Shown here in pieces: positions 63,110-64,000 of a stretch of DNA of 64,000 bases; within the stretch, counting starts at the first letter, position 1, and every line of letters begins with the position of its first letter. The stretch comes from Malacoraja senta (taxonomy: Eukaryota), in NCBI GenBank assembly GCA_038087875.1, contig CM075998.1, positions 6,140,001 through 6,204,000 on the forward strand, given 5' to 3'. The notes beneath the pieces were generated by a model. That model searched no databases. It saw nothing but the letters and a program-made list of their open reading frames with translations, and had not been told where the DNA came from. Made by a program: the position numbers and the translations under genes.

Positions 63110-63480
63110 GGGCGTCATTGAAACGTACAGAATAGTGAAAGGCCTGGATAGAGTGGATGTGGAGAGGATGTTTCCACTAGTGGGAGAGTCTAGGACTAGA
63201 GGGCACAGCCTCAGAATTAAAGGATGTTCCTTTAGAAAGGAGATGAGTAGGAATTTCTTTAGTCAGAGGGTGGGTGAATCTGTGGGATTCATCGCCACAG
63301 ACGGCTGTGGAAGGCAAGTCAGTGGGAATATTTAAGGCGGAGATTGATAGATTCTTGATTAGTACGGGTGTCAGGGGTTATGGGAGAAGGCAGGTGAATG
63401 GGGGTGAGATCAGCCGTGATTGAATGGCAGAGTGGACTTGATGGGCCGAATTGCCTAATTCTGCCCCTAGAACTTAAGAT
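63110..63480 (+). mobile_element. CR1 LINE 3' end
   Basis: IETYRIVKGLDRVDVERMFPLVGESRTRGHSL. Confidence 0.85.
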
Positions 63481-63709
63481 CTCATCGTCATCAGACGCTT
63501 TCCAATGTTTACGTATGCAGTGGAGCGGTTAACTAAACATAACAACCAGTTTGAGCATGTAAATGCTGATTTTGCCACTCACAGCGATGGCAGGACACGG
63601 TTGAAGCCAAGCCCGCCCGCTGTGGGGAAGAGCTGAGCCCACGTAGGAGTGCCTGGTGCAACCTCTTGTGCCTTTGAGGGTTGTTTGTGTCATTGCTGGC
63701 TGAATCGTA

Positions 63710-64000
63710 CATATTTCCCTTGGGCAGCTTATTACCCAGTGGTATGAATATTGACTTCTCTAACGTCAAGTAACCCTTGCCGTCCCTCCCTCTCCATCCC
63801 TCCCTCTCCATCCCTCCCCCATCCTAGTTCTCTGACTCGTTTCACTGTCCTACTGATTACATTTTATTCATTGTATGCCTCGTTGTCACCTTCCCCTCAG
63901 CTAACAATGACCCACTGTGCATTTCCTTGACCAGTGTCTGCTTTGATTTGTCGTTTTCACACCTTACCCTTCCATATCTCTAGTCTCCCTCTCCCCTGCC
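63710..64000 (+). mobile_element. Penelope-like 3' region, runs off the window
   Basis: Homologous to about 35560-35835. Confidence 0.8.

Larger units (their letters stand above)
13215..64000 (+). other. Probable FMNL intron 1 (extends beyond the window)
   Basis: Donor site at 13215; no exon-2 peptide (xxMNLPPDKARLLRQYD...) recognised downstream by eye or in the ORF track. Confidence 0.6.

Overview
Eukaryotic, repeat-dense vertebrate DNA. The repeat repertoire (tRNA-derived HE1/V-SINE-like SINEs, HER1/CR1 LINEs, abundant Penelope termini) suggests a cartilaginous fish, probably a skate or ray (inference). I can support only one host coding exon: the first exon of a formin-like gene (FMNL family, 13101-13214, + strand, followed by GTAAGT). 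I did not find exon 2, so 13215-64000 is probably all intron 1. The rest is transposon-derived: a near-complete IR/DR Tc1, a second interrupted Tc1, three L1-type pieces, Rex1/Babar, L2, a HERO-type RLE retroelement, many CR1 and SINE copies, Harbinger-like MITEs, a non-autonomous Helitron and more than 25 Penelope-derived pieces. Most notable: (1) the Penelope termini carry minimal hammerhead-ribozyme motifs (CTGAAGA-stem-GAAACGTH). They recur as fold-back mini-elements and as 26-bp and 66-bp tandem arrays that keep the GAAACGTH cleavage-site half, and one composite 66-bp array occurs at three dispersed sites with identical junctions, suggesting a retrozyme-like mobile satellite. (2) A 5'-inverted L1 inside the Helitron is flanked by an ~1.1-kb direct duplication. 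(3) A local ~167-bp templated insertion splits a SINE. Family names come from motif recognition only; no database search was run, and many repeat boundaries are approximate.
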